Shown here: piece after piece, positions 52,832-64,000 of the stretch
How positions within the stretch are numbered: the first letter of the stretch is position 1
How the letters are laid out: every line of letters starts with the position of its first letter
Origin: Octopus vulgaris
Lineage: Eukaryota
Reading direction: 5' to 3'
Length of the DNA stretch: 64,000 bases
Assembly (NCBI GenBank): GCA_951406725.2
Contig: OX597817.1
Coordinates: 120,714,001-120,778,000, forward strand
Notes under the pieces: model-generated
Seen by the model: only the letters and a program-made list of their open reading frames with translations
Told to the model about the DNA's origin: nothing
Databases searched by the model: none
Made by a program: the position numbers and the translations under genes

Positions 52832-53783
52832 AAAACATGATATAGCACATAGAAAATGGGGTGGGCATGACTGGCATGTCTTTGATCATAGTTTGCTGAA
52901 TCAGAACTGACCTTGGGCTAAGCAACATGCTCTTACATCATGGGTTAAGTTGATATTTTCATTGATTTAAGGAGTCTATAAAGCCAAGTGCTTAAATCTA
53001 GTTTTACTGTCAAAGGTGAATCAGATTTTTCCCTTTGACAGTGCAATCAAGTGTGAAAATGAAGGAAATAAAAGACAATCTAAATAACATAGCGTTTCTG
53101 GCCAAAAATAATGCTGACTGACTTTCTGCTAGCATTTGCTTCAATGTAGGAAGCCTGCACAGGAAAGCTGAATTAGTTCCAGAAGGAAGTCATCATTGGT
53201 CATCATTATTTAACATCCTTTGTCTGTACTGGCATGTCTTGGATGGCTGGACAGGAACTAGCAAGTCAGAAGACTGCATCAAAACTTGCTGCCTGCTATG
53301 GCATGGTTTCTTTTGAAGAATGACCTTCCTAATGTCAACCACTTTATAGAGTGTACAGGATGCACTTTTTATGTGGTACCAACAGCAGTAAGGTCACCAA
53401 ATAACTTGCTAGGCAGGAGCCCTCAACTAAGTTGTGTGTAGTAGTGAGGGACAAAAGAGGAGTCTTGCCTTAGAAGGCTACTTCAGTTGAGTGAAAGTGG
53501 AGAAAGAGAGAGAGAGAGAGGACACAACTTTCTCTGGAGACCTGGAATCTATTTCAAACAGCTAGATCAACTAAAGTATGTAAAATGCACTGTTTGTTCT
53601 TAAAAATGAAACAAAGTACCCTTGACAGATTTGAACCCATAAACTATGAGTTATATTTCAATATTTCATGCATGTGACCATTTTTCACCACTAGATTTAA
53701 GAGAAATACCCTCAAGAATGTCATTTAAATAAAATTTCAAAAGGCATTGAACTGCCTTTATGCTGTCAATATACTGCTGTAAC

Positions 53784-53999
53784 AAAGTGGTGAGCAGGCG
53801 GAATCATCAGTCTGACAGGTAAAATGCTTTGTTGCATTTTATCTGTCATAATGTTTTGAGTTCAAATGCTATGGAGGCTGACTTTGCCTTTCATCCTTCT
53901 AGGGTCGATAAAATAAGTACCAGCTGAACACTGGTGTCAATGTAACTGACCTGATCTCCTTCCTCAAATTGCTGGCCTTGTGGCAAAATTTGAAATCAA
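53784..53999 (+). mobile_element. SINE family B
   Basis: gagttcaaat...gactttgcctttcatccttctagggtcgataaaataagtaccag...gctggccttgtggcaaaatttgaaa. Confidence 0.85.
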
Positions 54000-55845
54000 T
54001 ATACTATAGTTACAAGTTAAAGTACATGATTATTATTATCGTATGTGCTCTGTTTTTAGATTACGTACACTGTGTCTGCATGTGATAATAGATGACTAAA
54101 AGGGTGGCAACAAAAAGGACATAGGGGTATAGGGGCATGGTCCACTACCTCAGAAAACCAGTCCAATCCATATCAGCATAGAAAACCAGATGTAAAGTGC
54201 TGTTGATGATGGTGATGATGATAATAAATACACAGAATGCTATTGTTTAGTCCAAGTCAATTCCAGCTCAAACAGACCTATGATCAAAAGCTTTCCCGGT
54301 GTGACCATCCCTTATTCCAGTTCAACATCTCCTTTCTTAAAATGGTTAAATGTGATTTAGTAGATCTGGTTGTAATTTCTAGCAGGTCGAGAAACCCTGT
54401 TATGGCTCATTCATTGGTTTGGTAATAATATACAGGTTATAATATTTAGGTTTCTAATTGTGTGATATATTATCATTATATCTTGTAAAGTATTCTGTGG
54501 TTTTGATGAGAGATTGATAAGCAGAATGTAAAAATTTGATTTTTACATCAGATTAAAACATTATGATAAAAATAAATATAATGTGAAAACATTTGGGTTG
54601 TGAAATTGAAATTGATTAACAGCGCCATTATAATATAGAAACTATATATAATATGATATAATATAATATAATATAATATAATATAATATATATATAAAAA
54701 ATTTGCTTTTAGGTTTTTAGAAGCTTTAAGTCTTTTGAAGCTTGGCTTGTTCATGTATGTAGTTGATTGACTTTGGCACCCACGTCCTGCTATGTTATCA
54801 ACATTATTGCTTCATCTAATGCTGATTTTATTCCGCAAGCTTTCTCTTTAACAGTCTTTCTCACTTCTATTTTCTGTAACAAATGTTTCATTATACATAC
54901 TTTAGTCATCAGAAGCATTCATATCATCTTTGCAACTATCCATTACTCTATTCTATATATTTTTACTGCATTTACATTAGACCTATAGTCCCCTCTTAGT
55001 CTATGTTTTTGCTTGCAGACTTTGATCTATCTATAAATGTTCAAAGTGGACACCAGTGTAGCATCGATCTCTCTCTCTCCAACGATGGAGAGTCTACAAA
55101 AAACGATGGACACTCCTTCCCTTCTTCTGATGATTAACTTGTTCTTTTTTTTTTCTTTTTTTGTTAGATGTCAACTTTAGTTTTCATACTATCTTGTTAG
55201 GTAATGACTGAAAATATCTGTTTAAAAGAAAACCATCCAAAGTAGTCGTCGTCATCATCATTATCCTTCTCCTTTTCCTTCTCATCCTCACCCTCCTCAC
55301 TGCCACTTGTTTTCCATTCTGGCATGGGTTGGATGGTTTGACAGGAGAAACCAAGCCACAGAACTGTGCCAATCTCTACTATTTACCACGGTTTCTATGT
55401 CCAGGTGCTCTTCTTAATGCCAACCACATTACATACTGTACTGGTTGCATTTTCATGTGGCACTAGTACTGTCACAGTCACCTTTTCGCTTGCAAGACAA
55501 GGACCATTCAACTGAGAGGAGGAGTAATATTAAGGAAGGTGGCTTTATGCCAAATGACGAGAGGTTAAAGTATGATAGAAAGATAGGAACAGGTGTCTTA
55601 CTGCAGAGCACAATAATGTAATCACATATATTAACAAACAGCTGATGCACTTGAGCCAATTTCTGAGCATTTACACAGTTGTTTGATCTGCTGCAAATAA
55701 CAGCCAAATCTCTCTCAAATGTCACTGCAGCAGATTAAGAATGGGGAATTACATAGTAGGTAATACAATAAAAAAACTCCTGAAAGAAAATAAATCATGG
55801 TTATAGTAATGGTTATATCTGAAATGTTTTTAACCATAGGTTAAA

Positions 55846-57720
55846 ATCGAATACTACTAGTCAGTCAATCCAATAAGTGGGGCCTCACATCAGTGATGGT
55901 GGTGGTGGCAGTGAGGGCAATGTTCTGTAAAGCCGTCAAGAAGAAGGCTCTGAAAGATTTCCAAAATGTGGAAACCATTGGTTTCTTGATCTGGTTTGAT
56001 CTGGAGCTAAACAACATCAGTTGATACATTTGAATTTGCTGTTCTTGTTTCATACATGTCAGGTACTGACAGTATAGTATTTCCATTTCTACTCCTGGAC
56101 ACATTGAACTAAAACAAGGGATGGTCATTAATGGAAAGTCTTTGATCTAGATTCTGTGTATTCCACATCATCGTCATCCTCAGCAACAACAGCAGTATTT
56201 TACTTCTACTTTTCTGTGCTGATATGAATTAGATTGGTTATTTTTTAAGGTAATGATATCTGGCCTTATGCATTTTCTATGGCCAACGTCTTTAGGCATA
56301 TCTTACAACATGCAGAGGGACACATTGTACATAATTTAAAACCAAAGACACATACAGTATTAGTGACCGTATTATTTTCAAGCTGTTGAGAGCATATTAT
56401 ATTCATGTCATACGAGTCAAAAACATTTATAAGAATATTTATCAGAAGAGTATATTCACACTGAGTTCAAAAACAGTATAAACATAAGAAGAGTATATTC
56501 ACATTGAGGTCAATAGTTATATTTGGCTTCTTTTTATACTTTGAAGGAAATGTATTCCCCAGTATACAGAACAAAGATTTTCTATTGAATATTTATGATT
56601 CTAATATCCATCAATATTCACAGATACATCAAACTCATCATTGTTAAACATCCTATGAGTAGACTTTCTATCTTTTGTTGCTGTGTATCATATTATAGAA
56701 TCCTGTGATCTGCTGATTGAAAACTCTTCTCATTCTGACAGGTTTCTTAAATTGCCTATCATCAAATTATGGAGTATTTATCTTGGATAATGGAAATAGT
56801 ATATGCATATCTTTTTAACTTACTCTGGAATTCATTAGGGAATTGTGTAGTTTACGACAAGTATGGCTGTAGACACCTCTATAACATACTTCATTAATAA
56901 CTTGGCACTGTGAGCTTTCATAGATATTTTCTGTTCTGTTTGTCATCACAGCTAAACAATAAAATGAATATTATTTAAGCTATTGGTGCATTCTTGAAGT
57001 TCTGTCTTTAGATGTGCTGGTGTTAAATGATGAGTATGTTATACACAAAGTGAAAAAGTGTCCTCAGCTTATATTCCCCTTTCATATATATATACACCTG
57101 TGCCATCTATTATTCCATCTAGAAAGTTTCTTTTACTATTCCACAATGAACATTATAATTTTCTGACAGTCTTGAAAATCATTTTTACCCAAATCTCCAT
57201 ATTCATCTTATCTTGCTTATTATTCATGTTGTTGGTTAATATTAAGCTTGATCCAACAAGTGGATTTTTGTAACAATCATATCAATTATTTATGTAATGC
57301 AGTACACTATTCTGTAGAACTTGAATGAGGAAATTTTATTGGAATGAGACAACTATCAGGTGGTATTGATCGTCATCAATCAAATGTCACTATGAAAGAG
57401 ATCCAGGTGACTATTGAGAGAGCCAACTATAGGATATTGCTGAAAATCAATGATGAAACCTGGTGAAGAGGTAATGCATGCATGTAAGCCAGGTACCTGT
57501 TTGCCTATATGGTGAATCAGGCCTACACGAGTCCACATTTTGAATGGAAGTGATGATTCTGAAATGGACTTAGGATCGAATACTACTAGTCAGTCAATCC
57601 AGTAAGTGGGGCCTCACATCAATGATGGTGGTGGTGTTGGAAGTGAGGGCAGTGCCCTGTAAAGCTGTCAAGAGGAAGGCCCTGAAATATTTCCAAAAGA
57701 CCCCTGAAACCTTCTGGTTC
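55846..57720. repeat. Pair of ~140-bp direct repeats (55846-55984 and 57575-57720)
   Basis: atcgaatactactagtcagtcaatcca.taagtggggcctcacatca.tgatggtggtggtg...tgtaaagc.gtcaaga.gaaggc.ctgaaa.atttccaaaa in both. Confidence 0.9.
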
Positions 57721-58495
57721 AGTTTTGAACTGACTGTGTTTGTGCTAGAAAGCTGTTTCCAAGTCTGCATACATTTCAAGTTTAGTAATCATTTGCAGAT
57801 TAGATACATTTCTACATTAGAATATGCCTTAATTTTCAGATTTTCAAATCTAGCATTGTTACAAAAATACTAGGATACCACAGTTCATGCTATTTAACCC
57901 CAGGTCAACTCAGGTCAAGCAAACATTATGTGCAATGATTTATTTTTTCAAGACAGTAAAGTACCATTTGAAGGAGATTTTACTGCTATATCAAGAAGGT
58001 TGAGTGACAATATAAAAGCCTCCCTCATTGGTTCAAAGCACCAATGTTGAACATTTTAAAGAACTTATTAATAATTAATTTAGTGCTTATATTTTCCTGA
58101 ATTCAATATCCTTTGAGGTTACTTTTTCACCTTTTGCTGTGACAAAATGTAATGATATGAATGTGTGTGTGTGTGTGTGTGTGTATCAGTTTTTAATCAA
58201 TAACACATGTATATGTGTGTATATGTGTTTTGTATATGTATACACACACACACACACATTATTGAAAGACAATGTATACTCATTCCCTTATAAATTCCAG
58301 GAGGATAAGTTTAAAAGATAAACTCGATTAGTAAGACAACAAAGGAATTTGAAGCAGACTTAGAGAAAAGAGGATATGTTATTGATTGTGAATGGCAGTA
58401 AAAGGACTTTGACGAAGACAAACAACTGATTGATTAACTGAGTAATTAAACAGGCAATCAATCAGTTAGTTGATTAGATAACTAACAAATTGACT

Positions 58496-58638
58496 GGAGT
58501 GGCTGTATGGTAAGTAACTTGCTTAATAACCACATAGTTCTAGGTGGCAAGTGTCTTCTACTATAGCCTCAGGCCGACCAAAGCCTTGTGAATGGATTTG
58601 GTAGATGGAAACTGAAAGAAGCTAGTCGTATATATGTG

Positions 58639-58698
<60 letters not shown>

Positions 58699-58908
58699 TG
58701 TTTGTCTCCACCAACATTGCTTGACAACCGATGCTAGTTTGTTTATGTCCCTGTAACTTAGCAGTTCAGCAAAAGAGACCAACAGAATAAGTACTAGGCT
58801 TACAAAGAATAAGTCCTGAGGTCGATTTGCTCGACTAAAGGCGGTGCCCCAGCATGGCCGCAGTCAAATGACTGAAATAAGTAAAAGAGTTAAAGAGTAA
58901 AAGAGTAA
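58496..58908 (+). mobile_element. SINE family A
   Basis: Colinear with 20084-20478 apart from a small deletion in the head; (gtaaaaga)n tail. Confidence 0.92.
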
Positions 58909-59551
58909 GTGAAATTAAACCAGTGCATGTGTTTATTATTAATGTAGTGACCTTCCTAAGGTACAAACAGAATTTGTTTCAACAAATGAATTCACATCAA
59001 AAACCTTGCAAGTGAAATACAAATACGAAATGTTAAAATGACTAGCTTCTAGTACTTGTATGACATTGTGGTTTAAGTATCTAATGTAAAATTCTTGGTT
59101 TAGAATTGGATATTTTATATCCACAATCCAGTAAAACAACTTCTTGATCTCCAGATAAATCTTTGACAGTTAGTAAGGATATTTGTATGTATTCAAATTA
59201 TTTGTTTAGAGTTTCAGCCAAATGACATGCAATCTGCTGTCTAAAATATTATGTACTCCAGGCATAGATGTTCATATATTATTTATGTCAGTATACAAGA
59301 TATAAGATCAGTATATTTTGTTACTTGCATAATTATCATATTTGTTGGTATAGTAACACAACTAGCCAATAAGGGAACTTCTACATGGTTGCTTGAAATA
59401 GTAACCAAAATAGCTAAATCTTCAATCCTCCTTAAATATAAAAGGGAAAGACATAGTAGATGGTGTGGTCATGACTGGCACGCTCATTATAGGATAACTC
59501 AAAGATAAAGAGCAACATCATTTTTTCAACAGATAAATATAGTTAATTTAA

Positions 59552-59984
59552 CCCTTAACACTTTCGTTACTGTATTTATTTTGAAATGCTCTGTGTTTCT
59601 TTCAATTATTTTAAATATAACAAAGAATTTAGTAAAATAACTTAGTTATCATTCAGCTAGTGTTAGGAACATAAATTGTGACTAAGGTTTGGTAGAAGAT
59701 TTTAATGCAAAACTCATGAAAACAAAACATTTATACTACAGAGCCAGAGCTGGTTTCAGCCAGGTTGATAACGAAAGAGTTAAGCATTTAAACTGACTAT
59801 ATCAGGCCAAAATGTTCTATTTTTTTTACATTCAAACCAACCAGATCCGGCCTCTTACAGTATCATTCTAAAAATAAATAACTCAAATCATTGAAATCTT
59901 GAAGCTACAAGACATGCATGATGAATTCAAAACTGTATGAAAAATAAGCATTTCATTTGACAAAGTAATCTAAATGCTGTAGGG
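59552..59984. mobile_element. TTAA-type MITE (outer) containing a nested TTAA-type MITE
   Basis: TTAA|CCC-TTAA[insert]TTAA-GCATTTAAAC...AATGCTGTAGGG|TTAA. Confidence 0.8.
59559..59779. mobile_element. TTAA-type MITE (inner)
   Basis: TIRs CACTTTCGTTAC / ATAACGAAAGAG with a TTAA duplication at 59555-59558 and 59780-59783. Confidence 0.85.
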
Positions 59985-60555
59985 TTAAAACCCATTTCTC
60001 CTAACTAAAGAGCTAGTTAGTAACCAAGAATATGAAATTCTATTGTTATCTGATGAATGGCCTTGTTCCTAATATAACAAGTGTGTAAGTAGAAGATTGA
60101 TGTTGTTACTTGTTGCAAGCAATGGCTACACATAATGATGAAGTGGAACATCTGGCAAGCTTATAGAGAACCAGAAATTTAGGTGTGAAAGATAGAGAGA
60201 AATTCTTGACAATACTTTCATTTCTCTACTTATTGTATCCAAAGGTCAAATGTATTTATTCTTTGTCCATTGTCTATGTTTCACTCTCTCTACCTGATAA
60301 TATTTATCAAGCAAAGATATATTTTCTTAATCTTTATAGAAAGTAATCCATTGAGGATAATGTCTGCTTTGAAATAAGAATGTGTGTGTCATAATTTATA
60401 GAAGCATTGTATTTGTAAATAACCTATGTATTTCCAGTGCTTTTGATAAATACATTTAACCCATTTCTTGAGGAGTCACTATCAAATTCTACTGAATTTC
60501 CCTCAGCAAAGCTATTATGCATGCTTCCATGAACATCATGTACCTACATACAACA

Positions 60556-60624
<69 letters not shown>

Positions 60625-61182
60625 GTATGTACAAACATTTATGGAGTTATTTCTTTCATATGCTTAAATAACTAATAAAATTTGTTTATAGCATGCATAT
60701 AAATATTTTGTAAACTAGTACCCTGTCAGGCAAAACCTTATTAAAACACATGAGAGGAACAAAACATGTTTCTGACACATTTAAGCGGCTGCTTCAAACA
60801 CAAATAACAAAAAAAAGTGTGTTATACAAATAATAATAATAATAATAATAATAATGATAATAATAATAATAAAGCAACAACAATATATAAATAAGTAGAT
60901 AAAGGAGAAAAAAAATTCAATTTCTTGTATGAAAAGCAAATTTAATTGAGTGAACTCAAAATACTTTTGAAAATATATTTATCAAAAAATAATTCTATTT
61001 CATTTTGTCTCATGTTTTCAGTTTTCCTACAATGTACTGTTTATCTGTTCTTTTTAAACATACACGCAACACCTTTGAGCAATCTATTTAAGCAATTATT
61101 AATTGAATGGTTGCATGGTTGCATCTAAAGAAGTTTTCCCATCTTAGATTCTGTTGCTGCTTTGTTATTGACTCTCTTGTAA

Positions 61183-61221
<39 letters not shown>

Positions 61222-62005
61222 TTACCCACCCTCATAATAACATTTTTTAAAGAAACCCAGCCCATTTGATCAAGGAAGATCAGAATGAAAAAAAACAAAA
61301 CAAAAATAATCACCTCTTTGAAACTTTATTTGGTTAGTTATTTTTCTACTTAGATTAGATTTATTATTATTATTTTAATTTTTTTTATCAAGGATATTAC
61401 AAGCAATCAACACCCATGTTACTATCAGAAACTCTTTCAATTCTTAGAACTGCTCCTAAATTCTGGATTGACTTTTGACTTTCTTTTCTTCCCCACTATC
61501 AAAGGTTTTGTATTTTTTTTAATGTTATAAACTAATTTCACATCACAGCATCATGTTTAATCACCATGTCCTAATACAAGATTTACGGAATCACTTCAAG
61601 TACACCAGTATTGTATCTTGTATATAAGCAATCTGCACACCCTATTTCATTGTATTGGTCTAATTGGAAATGTTTACGAGCTCTTTCAGTTAAATCACTA
61701 AAATATATTAATTTCTGTGTGTGCACTTTCTTTCATGATATTCATCTTTTGTATTGATTTAATATTTATTTCTCCATGCTTAGAAGAGCTCTATGAATAT
61801 ATCTTCATATTCATATATGTGTGTGTTACATATATCAGATATAAAGAATTCTGAGAGTAACAAAGTAAACAGTACAAATTGTGCTTGTTGTAACATTACA
61901 TAATACAAAGCAAGTTTAAATAGTATTCCACATTCTATGAATTTGAAAAACAGAGCTATTTTGATTTATAATGAAAATTATTATGACTGCAGTAAGAAGC
62001 TTGCT

Positions 62006-62069
<64 letters not shown>

Positions 62070-62070
62070 C

Positions 62071-62734
62071 AAGCCAAATGAGACCATAACCGCGTGGCCT
62101 ATGCCAGGGGTGTAACCAGCCCACTTGTGCGTACCTTTTCCTTCTTTGGACACTAAACTCTGCTTGCGAAGACCTTTTGAGGCAAGTGAAATCAAAATCA
62201 AAATCAAAGTGAAATTCGATGACGGGCACGTGCACCATATGAGTGGGATCGTTGAGAGAGCGGCTAACTGGCTTCCATGCCAGTGGCACATAAAAGGCAC
62301 CATTCGAGTGTGATCATTATCAGCTTCGCCTTACTGGCACTTGTACCCCATGCTAGTAGGATGTTAAGAGCACCATCTAAGCATGATCATTGCCAGAGCG
62401 GCTAACTGGCTTCTGTGCCGGTGGCATGTAAGAAGCACCATTCGAACGAGATCGATACCAGCATCGCCTTACTGGCACCTGTGCTGTTGGCATGTGTAAA
62501 AAGATTCAAGCAAGGTCGTTGCCACTACCGTCTGACTGGCCCCCATGCCACTGGCACGTAAAAGCATCCACTATACTCTTGGAGTGGTTGGCGTTAGGAA
62601 GGGTATCCAGCTGTAGAAACTCTGCCAGATCAAGACTGGAGCCTGCTGCAGTCATCAGGTTCACCAGCCCTCAGTCAAACTGTCCAACCCATGCTACCAT
62701 GGAAAGCAGACGTTAAACAACGATGATGATGATG

Positions 62735-62740
<6 letters not shown>
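62071..62740 (+). mobile_element. RTE-type LINE 3' UTR with internal hairpin subrepeats and (GAT)n tail
   Basis: Recurrent gtgcc.gtggcac.taaaa.gcacc and gccag...actggc modules; the terminal part matches 47981-48176. Confidence 0.8.
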
Positions 62741-62780
<40 letters not shown>

Positions 62781-63029
62781 TACATTATGTGTTTATGTAT
62801 ATTTGTGAGGTGTGGACAAACAAAATTGGTGCATCAAACAAAAATATTGTATGTTAAACACCAAACAAAGTATTTTAGATTGTCGTAATTGATTAAAATG
62901 TTTCAGCACAATGTATACACTCATACTTTGATAAAACATTTCTCGCCATTTCTATTTATATACATCTAATATTGAATTTTTATTATGATTACTTATTTTA
63001 TCATTAAACTTGAAAAGACCTCAATCACT

Positions 63030-63250
63030 TCAAAAGTACACCTTAACTCTTACAGGCCAATGCATGAGCCCATACGTGGTCATTTGATTTGCTAGAAATA
63101 GCAGTGAAATCTCCTTAAATAACACTGCTGTCTTGATAGAGGAAAAGGAATATATTAGATAATGTAGTCCTGGGTTCTTACTAAAAACAAAGTAGATGAG
63201 ATGGTCGTTGATCTGCTCAACCAGACAGAGACGAACCATGGTTAACCAAC
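63030..63250 (+). mobile_element. Old SINE-like repeat (many decayed copies, e.g. ~21.1, 52.0, 54.2, 55.7, 57.9, 59.4 kb)
   Basis: Shared motif ttgctagaaatagcag..aaatctcc.taaat.acac...gataatgtagtcct...gatggtc. Confidence 0.6.
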
Positions 63251-63521
63251 AGTAACAAGCTTAGAGTCTTATATTTATATATTCATTTAATGCATAAAGA
63301 AAACTAAATTTGTATACACACATCAAAACTTCAAAATATTCGCCATACATCAAATAAATTAATTATTTAGCAGACTTTTAACGCAATATATTGTTACAAC
63401 AAAAACTTGTATGAATGCATAAATATTTTATGTATTTTGCAAATGATTGTCTTTATAGATTGGTTTTAACTTTTAAAATATGTCTTACCATTTTGAATTT
63501 AATCTATCAACAAACAAACCT

Positions 63522-63584
<63 letters not shown>

Positions 63585-63950
63585 TATGTTTTGCGGTATG
63601 GTTAGTGTGACTATGAATCTACATTATGTGTGAACCTGTAAATTTGTGCATAAACATCACTATGTTATTTTCTTGTAGGTTCTTGTTGGCATATAATAAT
63701 AATGGTGATGATGATGATGATAATGATAATAATAATAAATAATACTAATACTAATAATGATAATAATAATGTGTGTAGGTGTATGTTTAAAGTATATGAA
63801 TGACTATTTTACTTTGTGTTTCTAGTTTTGATAAAATTTTATGGTTCCATTCTGTAAGGTAATTTTACCAGCATTGGTTTGTGTGTGTGTGTGTATTTAT
63901 ATACACGTTAGCTGGTATTTTGTTCTGATATGTATATTTATATATATATA

Positions 63951-64000
63951 GGTGCAAGAGAGGCTGTGTGGTAAGTAGTTTGCTTACCAACCACATGGTT
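63951..64000 (+). mobile_element. SINE family A head (cut by window end)
   Basis: ggtgcaagagaggctgtgtggtaagtagtttgcttaccaaccacatggtt. Confidence 0.85.

Noticed and set aside
54872-54915. Minus-strand CTGATGA...GAAA (similar case at ~11897-11935 on plus)
   Set aside because: No pairing for stems I or II; expected by chance in AT-rich DNA.
54740-54960. Possible retroelement gag-like peptide on the minus strand (..IEVRKTVKEKACGIKSALDEAIML..)
   Set aside because: Resemblance is too weak, with no supporting LTR, PBS or pol motifs.

Overview
AT-rich, microsatellite-dense eukaryotic non-coding DNA. The SINE and LINE repertoire resembles coleoid cephalopod (Octopus-type) genomes; this is an inference from recalled repeat families, not a database match. 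No host protein-coding exon can be supported. Nearly all ORFs in the track are translations of (TA)n, (CA)n, (ATT)n or (GAT)n repeats or of SINEs. Recognisable content: three tRNA-headed SINE families, decayed RTE, CR1 and Penelope-like (PLE) retroelements, mariner and DD37D transposase remnants, a complete non-autonomous Helitron, a hAT MITE with its TSD, and nested TTAA MITEs. The main signal is a set of about a dozen type I hammerhead ribozyme (HHR) motifs or remnants in several apparently unrelated short element families: (i) tandem and inverted ~220-bp units at 2.3-3.5 kb, (ii) (TA)n-embedded 'fold-back + tail' elements at 22.4, 36.1, 40.4, 46.1 and 48.2-49.5 kb, and (iii) a possible tRNA-headed SINE carrying an HHR at 26.4 kb. 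The 22.4-kb family has the core GUGAACA instead of CUGANGA, a reciprocal C3G/G8C swap of the tertiary base pair that canonical motif searches would miss. Activity of any ribozyme is untested; all structures were read by eye.
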